A stretch of 64,000 nucleotides of DNA, from contig MNCI01000125.1 in the NCBI GenBank assembly GCA_015680685.1, forward strand, positions 47,548-111,547, given 5' to 3'. Shown here one piece after another: positions 1-12,677 of this stretch (within the stretch, counting starts at the first letter, position 1; each line of letters starts with the position of its first letter). Under the pieces are notes generated by a model. It saw only the letters and a program-made list of their open reading frames with translations. It was not told the origin of the DNA and ran no database searches. Source of the stretch: Gnetum montanum. Taxonomy: Eukaryota > Plantae > Gnetophyta. Made by a program: the position numbers and the translations under genes.

Positions 1-380
1 AAATGCAACTATCCAACACACATCCAACTCGTGCCAACTATCCATGGGACACATGTCACTAGATCTGCTTTCCTCTCATCTCACAGCCGTTGATTCCATT
101 CTTGAATTTCGTGCCTGAGCCCGATCCAACCTTATAAATACCCTATCAATTCACATAACCAGGGGAGGAGCCAGAGTCTACATCGACCATTTTCAGTTCT
201 GCTGGCAGGCAACACCGACAGTGGAGGCATTTTCGGCAGTCTTCTCTCTTCTACCGGTAGGCGGCAGAACATGGCAGGAGCGTGAAACGCGCAGTGAACA
301 TCAACAGCAGTTGCAGGCATATTGCAGATGATAGTGTGCTTGCCCTACAATAGTAATTGTTGAACGACGATTTTCTATTT

Positions 381-830
381 TCTCATACAGAAATAGACAC
401 ATTTTCTTTTCTTTTCCTTTTCTTTTCTGCCCACGCGGCAAAGACCAATGCCCAACAACGGCAGTGCGAACGCAAACACCGTGAGGGGTGCCAATAGAAG
501 CCTTTCTTTCTGCCTATAAACAGAAACCTGGCAGAGACAGATTGTATGCACATCATTTTGTTCTTTATTTATTTGCTTTCAAACAACAGGACAGATTTTT
601 CTCTCTACCATCTCCAAGCGAGGAAGCAGCTCCGGTGGCAGATAACTTTTACAGTTTTCAATATTATTATTTGCATTTTATTTTGAATTATTTATTGTAC
701 TCTTTTAAATTGCACAAATTATTTAACTTTTCAATATTCTCATTAAATTTAAAGCTTTTAATATTTTGTTTAAAATATTGTCATTATTGTTTTATTACAT
801 AGCCCTTTCTAGCTGAGACTATTCCCGGGT
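381..830 (+). repeat. Upstream diverged copy of the TMK promoter/5'UTR segment (pairs with 1700-2120)
   Basis: Colinear match to 1700-2120 (gaccaatgcccaaca...caccgtgaggggtg...ctataaacagaaacct...caaacaacaggacagatttttctctctaccatctccaagc...gagactattcc). ORF-track ORFs 488 and 1794 are near-identical by-products of this duplication. Confidence 0.9.
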
Positions 831-1699
831 TTCTGTACCCATACGGGAGGCACCCTAAGCAATAGTCTCCTAAAATGAGTTTTCACAGGTGTTGGCGGCG
901 TGTCCAAAATTTACGCATCAACAGTTGGCATGGCATGGCATTGAAATTTCTGCAACGACTTCCAACTTCCAACCGCTCATTTACTTGCCCCAAATCAACG
1001 ACATTCTAAGTCATGCCATACTTTTTGTGCTTTAAATACAACGACCTTCCAATTCATGCCATACTTCGGTGTATTTTAAATACAGATAATATTTGGGTTT
1101 CTACATAAGAGGTAAAGTTTACCAAGATCTATAAATGGAGATGGATAGCTATCATGCTTTTGACGCTGCTTCAATATTCACAGTGCTCTGCATCCTCATT
1201 AGCAAGGATGTTTCTGATGTAGGGACACAACTAACCTGCGCAGGGTACAACTTGGTGATAGTTTCTAATAACTCGGGGACAGTTTCTACGAACTCGGTCC
1301 CTAAAACAGATGCACAAACTCTCGTAGAATTTAGGAAACATATTACTGTTGATCCATGTCAATGTCTTTCCAACTGTACAATGAAGAATGATGCATTAGT
1401 TTGTTCTTCCTGGAAACTATTGAAAGTCCTAACACATTATCAGTACAAAACGTGAATAATTCCATGTCTAGCAAAAGGACCATTCCCCTTTCCTAACCAC
1501 CTTAATTATTTTAGGAAAGAATGTCCATAACTGTTTAATGGATTCCGGTGCAACTATTAGTGTTATGCCCAAGCTGTTTCTCCCATTCAATCAACTCAAC
1601 CTTTAAGTAATTATTCACAAAGTCCCATGTCCTCTTCATTCTTACCATCCAACACTAGTTTGAATGATGACCAATCAAAAGCCTTAATTCAATCCATTA

Positions 1700-2120
1700 T
1701 CTCAAACAGAAACACGTTTTCTTTTCTTTTCTTTTTCTTTGCTGCCCACGTGGCAGAGACCAATGCCCAACAGCGGCGCGGACACCGTGAGGGGTGTCAG
1801 TAGAAGTCTTTCTTTCTACCTATAAACAGAAACCTAGCAGAGACAAGTTATATCTACATCGTTTTGTTCTTTATTTATTTGCTTTCAAACAACAGGACAG
1901 ATTTTTCTCTCTACCATCTCCAAGCAAAGAAGCACCCGCAGTGGTCGATAACTTTTACCGTTTTCAATATTATTATTTACATTTTCTTTTAAATTATTTA
2001 TTGTACTCTTTTAAATTGCACAAATTATTTAACTTTTCAATATTCTTATTAAAATTTAAAGCTTTTCATATTTTGTTTGATATATTATTATTATTGATTT
2101 TGTCAGGTGAGACTATTCCA
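1700..2120 (+). promoter_or_regulatory. Putative TMK core promoter and 5'UTR: G-box/ABRE CACGTGGC at 1747, CCAAT at 1760, TATAAA at 1821
   Basis: Motifs are seen directly, upstream of a candidate 5'UTR intron (AG|GTGAGA at 2107, ending tttgttctttcAG at 2433) and the ATG at 2450. Confidence 0.5.
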
Positions 2121-2148
2121 GGTTGGCGGCCTATTCCAGGTTGGCGGC
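2113..2148 (+). repeat. Perfect 18-bp tandem duplication (ctattccaggttggcggc)x2
   Basis: Read directly. Confidence 0.9.
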
Positions 2149-2449
2149 CTGTGCTTATTCACAGTGATTTTGGTGTTGCTATGGTGTGTTTGAACTTTGA
2201 AGGTTTGAAAGGGACGTTTAAGGTTCAAAATGGAACGCGTCTTGGCGATTTTGGTTCTAATAACGTGCTTAAAAGCTCTGAAAGGGAGAAGTTTGTCGAT
2301 ATTCTTTGCATTCAAAGGCCATAGGGGGCCACAGATTCTGCACTTTAGGGCCAAAAGAACATGCATTCTGTTCTGTGAGCCCTCTTTTGCCAGCATTGAA
2401 GTAGCCATTGCTGCATCAAGTTTGTTCTTTCAGCTTGGGTGCTGAGAAA

Positions 2450-5400
2450 ATGAGACTGTCGCTGGCAATTTTTGCTTTATACAGCGTTTTGTGCAGGGTG
2501 AGATGTGCAATTGATCCCGGAGACGGGAAGGTGATACAGGATCTTGCCCAGGCTATCGAAGCGGAAACGGCCCTGGGTTGGAATTCATCGGTTGATCCCT
2601 GCTCCTGGAATGGCGTGACCTGCGCCGGAGGCAGGATTGTGGGCATCGATTTGCGGAGCAAGTCGCTGTCTGGCATACTACCTTCCAACTTGAACCAGCT
2701 CTCCCAACTCACCTCACTCTCCATCCAGAACAACAGCCTCTCCGGGTCCCTGCCCACCTTCGCCGGCATGAGCAGACTTAAAAGCGTTTTCGTCGACAAC
2801 AACACTTTTTCCTCCATTCCCAATGATTTCTTCAAGAATTTAACGTCTCTGCAGGTACACTACTCAAGTTCTTTGTTACGGACGCAATTCGGTTTCGGCA
2901 ATTCCTTTTTCCTGGTGGAATGTACGTTAAAAAACAGGTTTTTTGCGTGTTTTCCCAGTTCTATACGAAATTCTGACAAGTTTGTTGACCCTGCGCTTAT
3001 CATTTGGTATTTTAGTTTTTTTATCTTTCTTCACGTTTTTCTTTTTATTGTACCTTGCGCTGAAATCTGCGTTTAGTTTTGTGTCGAGTTGGAAAACTTT
3101 TCCTTTCTATTCTGGACAGGTTCTGTTTGGTTTTTCAAGTTTGCCCTTTTCCTCCAATTTTGAACGTGTGGGTATAAAATCTATTTCTTACTGAGACACA
3201 GTGGTTGCCTTCTCAATGAGGTATAACTTATTTATAGGTTCTGAGTCATTTATGATGATGGCGGAAACTTAACTGGCCTAACATATACTGGATATACAGG
3301 ATAGAAAAGTGTTTAATTCAGTGCATTTACCATTGGTGTTTCTTTTTAAATAAAATTTTTAATATGAGATTGGACAAGGATTTTTGTTGGATTATTTGAT
3401 TCTTTACTAGAAGGTGTGTTTTGGCAGGTTATTGCGATAGACGGCAATCCATTCGGGCCATGGACTGTGCCTCGAGATCTTACCGACTCCTCGAGCCTTG
3501 TAAATTTCACTGCAACAGCAACGGGACTAACCGGCCCAATTCCCAGTTTCTTCGGCGACCATTTTCCCAACCTCCACACGCTTTCTCTGGCCCTGAACAA
3601 TCTGTCAGGTTCCATTCCTCCGAGCTTCGCCTACTCGAACATGGCAGTTCTGTCCCTCAACGGCCAGACGGGCGAGACACTCTCCGGCAACATAAACGTC
3701 ATCGCAGAGATGACTTCTTTGGTACAGGTCTGGCTTCAGAACAACGCTTTCACGGGCGCCATTCCAGATCTCAGTAAACTTGTTTCTCTGAAAGACATCA
3801 AGCTCAGCAGCAACAAATTCACAGGGCCACTCCCACAATCTTTAATGAACCGTCCATCACTTACAGGTGTTTCACTGTTTGACAATGTTTTGCAAGGCCC
3901 CTATCCCTCTTTTGCGAAATCCGTGGTTGCTGAGGTGCCTGCGAAGGTGGGCGATCTAAACACCAATAGCTTTTGTCTGCAGCAACCTGGCCCCTGTGAT
4001 CGCCGCGTGGATACCCTGCTACAGTTTGCAAGTGATCTGGGCTATCCATACGTTTTTGCCTCGATGTGGAAGGGAAACAGTCCCTGCAATTTCTGGATGC
4101 ACGTTTCCTGTTCTGTGGATGGGAATATCAGTGTTCTGGATATGGGCAGCCTGCAGCTAAGTGGCACATTATCCCCGGCATTGGCGAATTTCAGCAAGTT
4201 GTCCACCATTATCTTGGACAATAATAATTTAACAGGAACGATTCCAACTGAGCTCACCAAATTGCAGAAGCTGACGAAGCTGGACCTCAGAAATAATAAT
4301 TTATCAGGAAAGATACCGCCCTTTGCTCGTACCGTGCAGGTGCTGGTGTCTGGGAATCCCAATATTGGCAAAAATGTTGCTTCTACGCCTTCTGGGTCTC
4401 CTTTCACACCAGGTACACCAGGAGGTTCATCCAACAGCAGCGATTCGCCAGGTAATGATAAAATTGACGCTCAAATTCTTTCTTACGACATGAAACCATA
4501 CTAGTTAAGTGTCCGTAGCGTCATCATGCAAATGGAGATGGTTTTCTGTAGATTTAATTAATTATCATCGGTCTTGAAGATAGAGAGATGAAGGAGAATG
4601 CACCCGTGTGAATAGATTTGATTTTTTTTGTTGGTCTCGGAATGCGAGAGGTGGTGTATTTTTTATATTTTTACTTTGTGCTTGTTCAATTTTTAATATC
4701 ATTATAATTGAATCAATCATTCCACAGCTGTTTACAAAGCTCGTGTATCGTTTTTAATTATAGCTTTTGTTTGAATTGAATTCATGTGCAGTAGGAACTG
4801 TTCTGGTCTATCACTTGTCTCTTAATGCAGTGACGCTCTTACAATTTAGGTCTTTCTTTTTTTTCAAAAAAAAAAAAAAACTTATCCGAAACTTGAATTT
4901 GAGTTAACTAGCTGACAATGGAGCATTGATTTCGAATGGAAAGGCAAGGGAGGATCATCTTCTAATGTTGCTGCAATTGCTGGTGGGGCGGTAGGAGCGA
5001 TTGTGGGTTTGGCACTGATTGGGTGCTCGTGCTTCTGCTGTTTGAAGATGGGTAGAAAATTTGGCCATGTTCAGAGCCCAAATACGTCAGAGTTCAATCC
5101 TCCGGCTACCACCAAAGAAGCAGGAAACATGGTTTTCTCCATGCAGGTTAGAAATTTTCTGATTCTGGATTCCAGGTTATGGGTTGCATAATTCTAAAAC
5201 TTTGTTTTTCTTGTTTCGGATGCCTACTACTCAGATGACCTTTCCCTGTTTTTGGAAAATTTTAAGTACCAAAACTTTTATTCTGTTCCTGCTGCATTTT
5301 TCAGACTTAGGCTAAAGTACTAGGGTATTCCCTGCAACGCGTTTCACTTCAATTTTGCCTTGATTTTCGTCTCCCGTAGAATATTCGGTCCATTAGGGTT

Positions 5401-7265
5401 TTACTTGCTAACCTTTTCATTCCATTGCTAAGCTATTGATGTTCCATGTTCGTTTGAATCTTAAAAGTGATTTACTATGTTCATGTGGAGAACACCGAGA
5501 CCATGGTAAGCTATTTCAGAGTTCTGTTTGGACCATTTCTTTTAACTAATTTTAGGAGATGTCAATGCAACCCACCGGGAATGAACATACGATAGGATGC
5601 AAGTGGGAGTTTTTCTTTTAATGAATAGTTTCCTCTGAATCTTAATTACATGGCTGTCATTTCTTGAATCTTAACCACTAACTGTTTTATTTTCTTCAGG
5701 TATTGTGCACAGCGACAAACAATTTCAGTGAACAGAATGTACTGGGCCGTGGTGGATTTGGAGTGGTCTACAAGGGGGAGTTGCATGATGGAACACAGAT
5801 TGCTGTAAAGAGGATGGAATCGGGAGTGATGAGCAGCAAGGGACTGAATGGATTTCAGGCTGAAATCGCTGTTTTGACCAAAGTTCGTCATAGGAATCTT
5901 GTTGCTCTTTTGGGCTATTGCACTGAGGGTAATGAAAGGCTTATTGTTTTTGAGTGCATGTCACAGGGTCCCCTCAGCCACCATCTTTTTGAATGGGAGA
6001 GTAGGAATTTGAAGCCTCTGGATTGGACCAAGAGGCTTGCAATTGCTTTGGATGTTGCCAGAGGAGTTGAATATCTGCATAGCCTTGCACAAAAGAGTTT
6101 TATTCACAGGGACCTTAAACCATCCAATATACTTCTGGGAGATGATATGAGGGCCAAAGTTTCAGATTTTGGCCTGGTTCGGGTTGTTCCTGATGGGAAA
6201 TTCTCTGTGGATACTAGACTAGCGGGGACGTTTGGCTACCTTGCACCGGAATACGCATGTAATTTTTTGATGAACAGTTTAAATTTGTCTTTGATCATAA
6301 ATTGGCTTTGCAATTTTCATCGCTATGTAAGAAATTCACCATCACTGCTTTGAATTTGCGAGGTATATTGGAGTTCTATTAGGGTTTAATCTTATGTTTC
6401 AACCCACATTATCTACCGTTCTTGGATGGGTTTTTCAGATACATCTTATTATTACGCAGGGAGTACATACACCTTATTATTACGCAGGAAGTACATGAAC
6501 AATCCTTTTAGCAGAAGCTTAAACCCTAGGAGCCACTAAATATCATGCATAAACTTGAATGATTTTTTTCACACTTCATCTATGGTTTTGTGCCCATTTT
6601 CTTGAGGCAGTGTTTTTTCCATGTTTAATTATCAACCGATTATGCCCAATAGATCATTTATTCTTGTTCTGCAAATCTTAGTTATAATTGTCGGAATATT
6701 TTTTAAATGCTCTGTTAAAATAAACCATGCTAGTCTCAAATCTATATTCTTTTCCAGTGGTGGGATGTTTTCTGTTACCTGATGTTTGTTTCATGCAGTC
6801 ACAGGCAGAGTGACTACAAAAGTGGATGTGTTCAGCTATGGAGTGGTGCTTATGGAGCTCATCACTGGAAGAAAGGCTCTTGACTATTCCCAGTCCGAGG
6901 AAAGCATGCATCTTGTAACATGGGTTGGCAGAATGCACATGCAGAAGGAAAACTTTATCAATGTTCTGGACCAGAACATGGATGTAACTGAAGAGACATT
7001 CAAGAGCATTTGCACGGTTCCAGAATTGGCAGGCCACTGCACTGCAGATGAGCCACGACAGAGGCCAGACATGGGACATGCTGTTAATGTTTTATTATCT
7101 CTTGTTGAGCAGTGGAAGCCCTCTACAGTTGATGACGATGAAATCTTCAGAATAGATTTGGAAATGTCACTTCCTCAGGCACTGGAGGATTCCAATGTTG
7201 ACATACCCATGACAAGCATGGATGACACACACACAAGTATCCCACCAGGCCCTCCGGTTTGGTAG
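2450..7265 (+). CDS. TMK: TMK1-like LRR receptor-like kinase (LRR-IX). Exons 2450-2854, 3428-4451, 4944-5146, 5700-6258, 6799-7265; 885 aa
   Basis: Signal peptide [27 protein letters not shown], LRRs, TMK non-LRR island ([23 protein letters not shown]), S/P-rich stalk, TM helix, [11 protein letters not shown] juxtamembrane motif, and a kinase with [29 protein letters not shown] introns with consistent phases sum to 2658 nt. The exon-3 acceptor is weak. Confidence 0.93.
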
Positions 7266-8559
7266 ATTCGTTTCCCTTAGCACTTAGCAGATGGTCTATA
7301 AACCGGAGAAAATGCCAAAGATGAACAGAGGAGATGGACAGTACTAAGAATGGGGAGATTTTTCAGTTTTCTAGGGGGTTTTCTTGGGGGGATAGAATTT
7401 GGTGTTATTTTGATTAAAGGTACATGGAATTTATGTTTTAAGAATGTTCTTTTCCCGGAATTGAATATAAAAACGGACGGATTGTGAATGAGTGCTTGCT
7501 GGTAAGTGAAAGGCTTCCCATTTGGGTTCACTGTAGAGGATGAGAACAGGATTGGATAGCTAAGGAAATCCAGTTGTGGGGTAGTGATTCAGCTGCAACA
7601 GAAGGAACAATGGATGGACAGCAGGTTTTTGTTTGAACTGGAATTCCTTTTTGTTACCTGTAAAACAGCAAATAAAAATAGTAAAACAATAAAATACACA
7701 ACAGAATTTATGTGGAAAACGTTTAAAATAAATTTCATGATGTAACATTCCGAGTAAACAATAACTTCAAACTGAAATTTTGGATAAAATAAATTATGGG
7801 CATGAAGTAAATCAAGCAGTAATAATACTAAGCCAAAAATCATTAAAATGATTTAAACTTATATTATACTTGGACATACTGTTTAAGCTAACAAGATTGA
7901 TATAGACTATATGTGCCTCGATAGCACGATGACATTATGTTTGCAGTCAGGTCTTCGAGGGTCTTGGTCTCTTTTCGCTTTTTTTCCTTACCATGCATTT
8001 TAAATCAACGATGATGTGAGCGTGAAAGTGAAATATGTGCTCCGTGAGATGCTCCAGTAAGGTCGTTGCAAAGGCATGAGTAGCGTAGGATGTGTACAAG
8101 ACACGTTCAGGAATAGAGACGCCCTCCCTTGGATCTGAAGCAGCAGCAGCTATACTATGGCATCCATGAAGGCATCCTTAGTGCTTCAGCGCCAATGCTG
8201 GATAGCCTTGTCTCTGCATTAGAATAAAATCAACACATGCCGCTTACCTTGCAGGCCATCTTCCGATGTCACCGTGGAGGGTACCTTCTTCCGTGAGGCC
8301 TGAAACCATGGCCATTGCACAATGGTTAGCCATGCTCCTGTTTTCACCTTGGTGCCCATGACTGAACTGCTGCTTGCTCTGTTTACCTTTTATTATTTTC
8401 AAATCTTACCGTTCATGCATACCAACGGCTGTCCAGGCCAATAAATTTATAACTTGCTGGAATGTTTCAATTTTTTAGCTTTGCATTCCATTTTTTTCTG
8501 GAAACTCCCGTCTAGCAAAACTCTTGCCGACAATGTAAGTTTTACCACAAGTTTAGTAG

Positions 8560-8677
8560 GATATTATGCTTAGAATATGCTTACCTAAAACTTTACATTT
8601 AGATCAGGCTAGGCTAGGGATATTATGCTTAGAATATGCTTACCTAAAACTTTACATTTAGATCAGGCTAGGCTAGG
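8560..8677 (+). repeat. 59-bp tandem duplication
   Basis: gatattatgcttagaatatgcttacctaaaactttacatttagatcaggctaggctagg occurs twice. Confidence 0.9.
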
Positions 8678-8715
8678 AATATGATAAGTGATGAGCCTGG
8701 AGTATTCCCAATACC

Positions 8716-11700
8716 CTATGCACCAAAGATTCGTGATTTTGAATGAATTCAGGAATTGTTCATGCTGGAATCAGGAGTGCATACAGAAGCACATTAACTC
8801 TGCAATAGGTACTTATTTCATAGTTTCCAATGAAATTTTGTCTCAATTTGCACATATACATTGAAATGTTAGCTTTGCTTCATATTATTCATTGTCATTT
8901 AATTGTTACCTTCTTTTCCTGGATTTATCCAGTTGTATTGAATTGGTTCTTGTCTTTTTCTGGATGTATGCATTGTGCATTAAAATCTTATTTATCTTTT
9001 CCTAGTCCTCAATCTTACTAAAATCTTACTAAAAATTTTGTTTCACTGTTATAAATTTCATTGAGACTTGATTTCATTTCTAGAAAGACTGGATTGAGTA
9101 ACAAAAGGGTCTTATTTTATTGCTGTGATTTTGGTTGTTGCAGGAAATTATATGTTTGGCTCAATTATGGCTCTTGAGTAAGGAGATGGATTCAATGCTC
9201 TTTATACCTTTGTTGTAAATTTTCTTGCTTCAGTTTAGTGGTGATATTGCAAGTTGTTCTGTGTTGCAAGTTGCAATTCTCTATGTATTACATATTACAT
9301 ATTGTGATATTATTTTGTATTGAAGGTTATGGTATTGCTATGCAATTTACAATATTAATTTTGTATTACATTGTTGTANNNNNNNNNNNNNNNNNNNNNN
9401 NNNNNNNNNNNNNNNNNNNNNNNNNNNNNNNNNNNNNNNNNNNNNNNNNNNNNNNNNNNNNNNNNNNNNNNNNNNNNNNNNNNNNNNNNNNNNNNNNNNN
9501 NNNNNNNNNNNNNNNNNNNNNNNNNNNNNNNNNNNNNNNNNNNNNNNNNNNNNNNNNNNNNNNNNNNNNNNNNNNNNNNNNNNNNNNNNNNNNNNNNNNN
9601 NNNNNNNNNNNNNNNNNNNNNNNNNNNNNNNNNNNNNNNNNNNNNNNNNNNNNNNNNNNNNNNNNNNNNNNNNNNNNNNNNNNNNNNNNNNNNNNNNNNN
9701 NNNNNNNNNNNNNNNNNNNNNNNNNNNNNNNNNNNNNNNNNNNNNNNNNNNNNNNNNNNNNNNNNNNNNNNNNNNNNNNNNNNNNNNNNNNNNNNNNNNN
9801 NNNNNNNNNNNNNNNNNNNNNNNNNNNNNNNNNNNNNNNNNNNNNNNNNNNNNNNNNNNNNNNNNNNNNNNNNNNNNNNNNNNNNNNNNNNNNNNNNNNN
9901 NNNNNNNNNNNNNNNNNNNNNNNNNNNNNNNNNNNNNNNNNNNNNNNNNNNNNNNNNNNNNNNNNNNNNNNNNNNNNNNNNNNNNNNNNNNNNNNNNNNN
10001 NNNNNNNNNNNNNNNNNNNNNNNNNNNNNNNNNNNNNNNNNNNNNNNNNNNNNNNNNNNNNNNNNNNNNNNNNNNNNNNNNNNNNNNNNNNNNNNNNNNN
10101 NNNNNNNNNNNNNNNNNNNNNNNNNNNNNNNNNNNNNNNNNNNNNNNNNNNNNNNNNNNNNNNNNNNNNNNNNNNNNNNNNNNNNNNNNNNNNNNNNNNN
10201 NNNNNNNNNNNNNNNNNNNNNNNNNNNNNNNNNNNNNNNNNNNNNNNNNNNNNNNNNNNNNNNNNNNNNNNNNNNNNNNNNNNNNNNNNNNNNNNNNNNN
10301 NNNNNNNNNNNNNNNNNNNNNNNNNNNNNNNNNNNNNNNNNNNNTTCTTGATGAGAGGTATGAACTTGGCATGAAAAAGTTGAAGGAATGAAAGAAATTT
10401 TGGTAGCAAAGTAGTTATTTTGTTATAATGGATGGATGGATTGATATTCATCAACATCCATTAATTAATATTATAATTAGTTGTCAACTTGGACCATTTT
10501 TTCTTAAAGCTACAAACTACTCCAATCATATAAAATATGCTAATCTTCAAGCCAAATTATTAGAGACAGCAAATGTAACTATTAATTCAAGTAACATTAT
10601 TCAAGTCATAATAGATGCAGCTCCTATTTATAGGCATGTAGGAAAAATGATAAAAATGATTCATTCAAATATATTTTGAACTCCTTGTTATGTTCATTCT
10701 CTAAATAATACACTTTGTGATATTGGTAAAATTGATTGGGTGAAAAATCTTATTATAGATGCAAGAGGCATACAAATTTTCATTTGTAATCATCACTATT
10801 CAAATTCTTTGTTCAAAAAATGTAACATAAATAAGACTTAATCAAAAAATCTATATTGTGTGTTTTTATAAGATTTGATTTATTAATGCTAAACTAATTA
10901 TAAATTTTTTGAAACAAGTTTGCTTCATATTTTATAATGTTTGAGAGAATGCAAGAGATACAAGAATCATTACAAACAATGTTCATAACCAGTAAATGGA
11001 AGAATTGAGAGGAAGCAACACAAATATAGGAAAATGTGTTAGAGAAAAGATTTTATTATATAAGTAGTGGAAAAAGTGTTAGAGAACTATATTTTATCAA
11101 CATGCTACAATCTATTGTTGATTTCATTCATTATGCTGATACAGATACACCTGCGTTAGAAGAAATTTATGTAATTTTATGTAAACATGTTAGCAGAAAT
11201 TAAAGGTTCTAGAAATGCATAGCTCTTTTGATTTTTACAGTGGTCAGCTACTTCTATCGATTCTAAAAAGATAGAACGCTATAAATATCCCATTGCACAT
11301 GGTTGCATATGCATTAAATATTAAGTAGCATTCTTCAAAACACAGACAAAAATCCAACAAGGCCTTGTGATGATTTTGATGTAAGAACAAGTTTTTAAAA
11401 ATATGTTAAATAGTTATATTCATCTTGTGAGGCTAGCTTAATTAGAAAGAAATGGCTTCAATTTACTAAAGGACATACAAAAGCATTTAAATTTCAAGAT
11501 GTTGTATTTGATATGGCTAAAATAGTTCAAGAAGATCCAACTAGATGGTGGAGTTTGTATGATGGAGATACTCCTAGACTTCAAACTTTAGCAGTGAAGC
11601 TTCTTTCTTAGGTAATAATATCAGTTTTTCATTAAACATGTAATAAATATAAATACACATTAATTTCCTTAATAGATTTATGCAATGTGATGTTTGAAAA

Positions 11701-12677
11701 CTTGAAATAGTGATGGTTTATATATCATTTTGCATTCTCTAAACACCATGATTAGTAGGCTATCAGGTCTAAAGCTTCAAATGAGTTTGTTTATTGATGA
11801 AGTTTTGAATGATTTATAAAATGAATCTTTTAACAACGCAAAATTTCATTCTTGTTTTTATCATTTATGTAGGTTGCATCTTCTTCTTCTGCTGAAAGAA
11901 ATTGGTTGACATATTCTTTCATTCATCTTATAAAAAGAAATAGTGTTACTCCAAAAAGAGTTGAACAATTGGTATTTATTCATAGCATGATTAAATTGGA
12001 AGAAAGAAAGAAAATAAAGTATAGGCAATCACTTGCTCTTCATTGGGATGTTAATCCAAAAGATGATGATGTTGCAATAGTTGATGATAGAGAAAGGTAT
12101 TCTAATGACTTAGTTAATGTACCTGGAGCAATGAATCTTAATATTGATGATTCAATTCTTGATGAAGATGATTACCATGCAAATGATATTAATGACACAG
12201 AACAAAATAAAGTAGGTTTTACAAATTTACTCTTTAGAGAGCAAGAAGAGAAAATAGGCTAAAAATCAAAATTTGAACAATGTAATAGCTTCTAAGCTTT
12301 GGCAAGAAAGTTTTTTGTGATTTGGAAAAAGATAGATAATTTTGTAACATTATCACACACACATATATGATAATACTAAAATATTTTATAACAAATATGA
12401 GACTCAATACTTAATGTTTCATTACAATCTTTTATGCAATTTTAAGCATTTACAATATTTTGAATTTACATTGTACTTATTCTATATTCTACAATGTTTA
12501 TTGTGATATATGAGATTTAATTTTTTTAAAAAAAAAACTAATATATTTAAATTTTCTCTATCACGTTCCTAGCTACGAACTTGTCCCCAATTTTTCTTGA
12601 AACACATATCCAAAAATGTTTAGAATCATGATCCCTTGATTCCTCACTTCCACGAATTGGATTCTTTCAATGCATAG
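8716..12677 (+). mobile_element. Degenerate hAT DNA transposon with imperfect TIRs (CTATGCA..AAAGA) and 8-bp TSD CCAATACC/CCTATACC
   Basis: DUF659-type segment DGWIDIHQHPLINII..GPFFLKA at 10428. hATC dimerisation motif LLS|VASSSSAERNW.TYSFIH spans an intron at ~11612-11872. TIRs and the 7/8 TSD were read directly. Many stops; spans a sequence gap. Confidence 0.88.
9379..10343. other. Assembly gap (N run)
   Basis: Run of N. Confidence 0.99.

Noticed and set aside
488-2324. Paralogous-looking ORFs 488-802 and 1794-2324
   Set aside because: GTG starts, F/L/Y-rich translations of AT-rich leader sequence, and different frames at their 3' ends. They reflect a non-coding duplication.
2416-7079. 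Antisense and alternative-frame ORFs overlapping TMK exons (and EGY3 exon 1)
   Set aside because: Shadow ORFs of real coding exons with no independent features.
9238-10457. Long ORF-track ORFs made of X (also 50542-51071)
   Set aside because: They only span N gaps.
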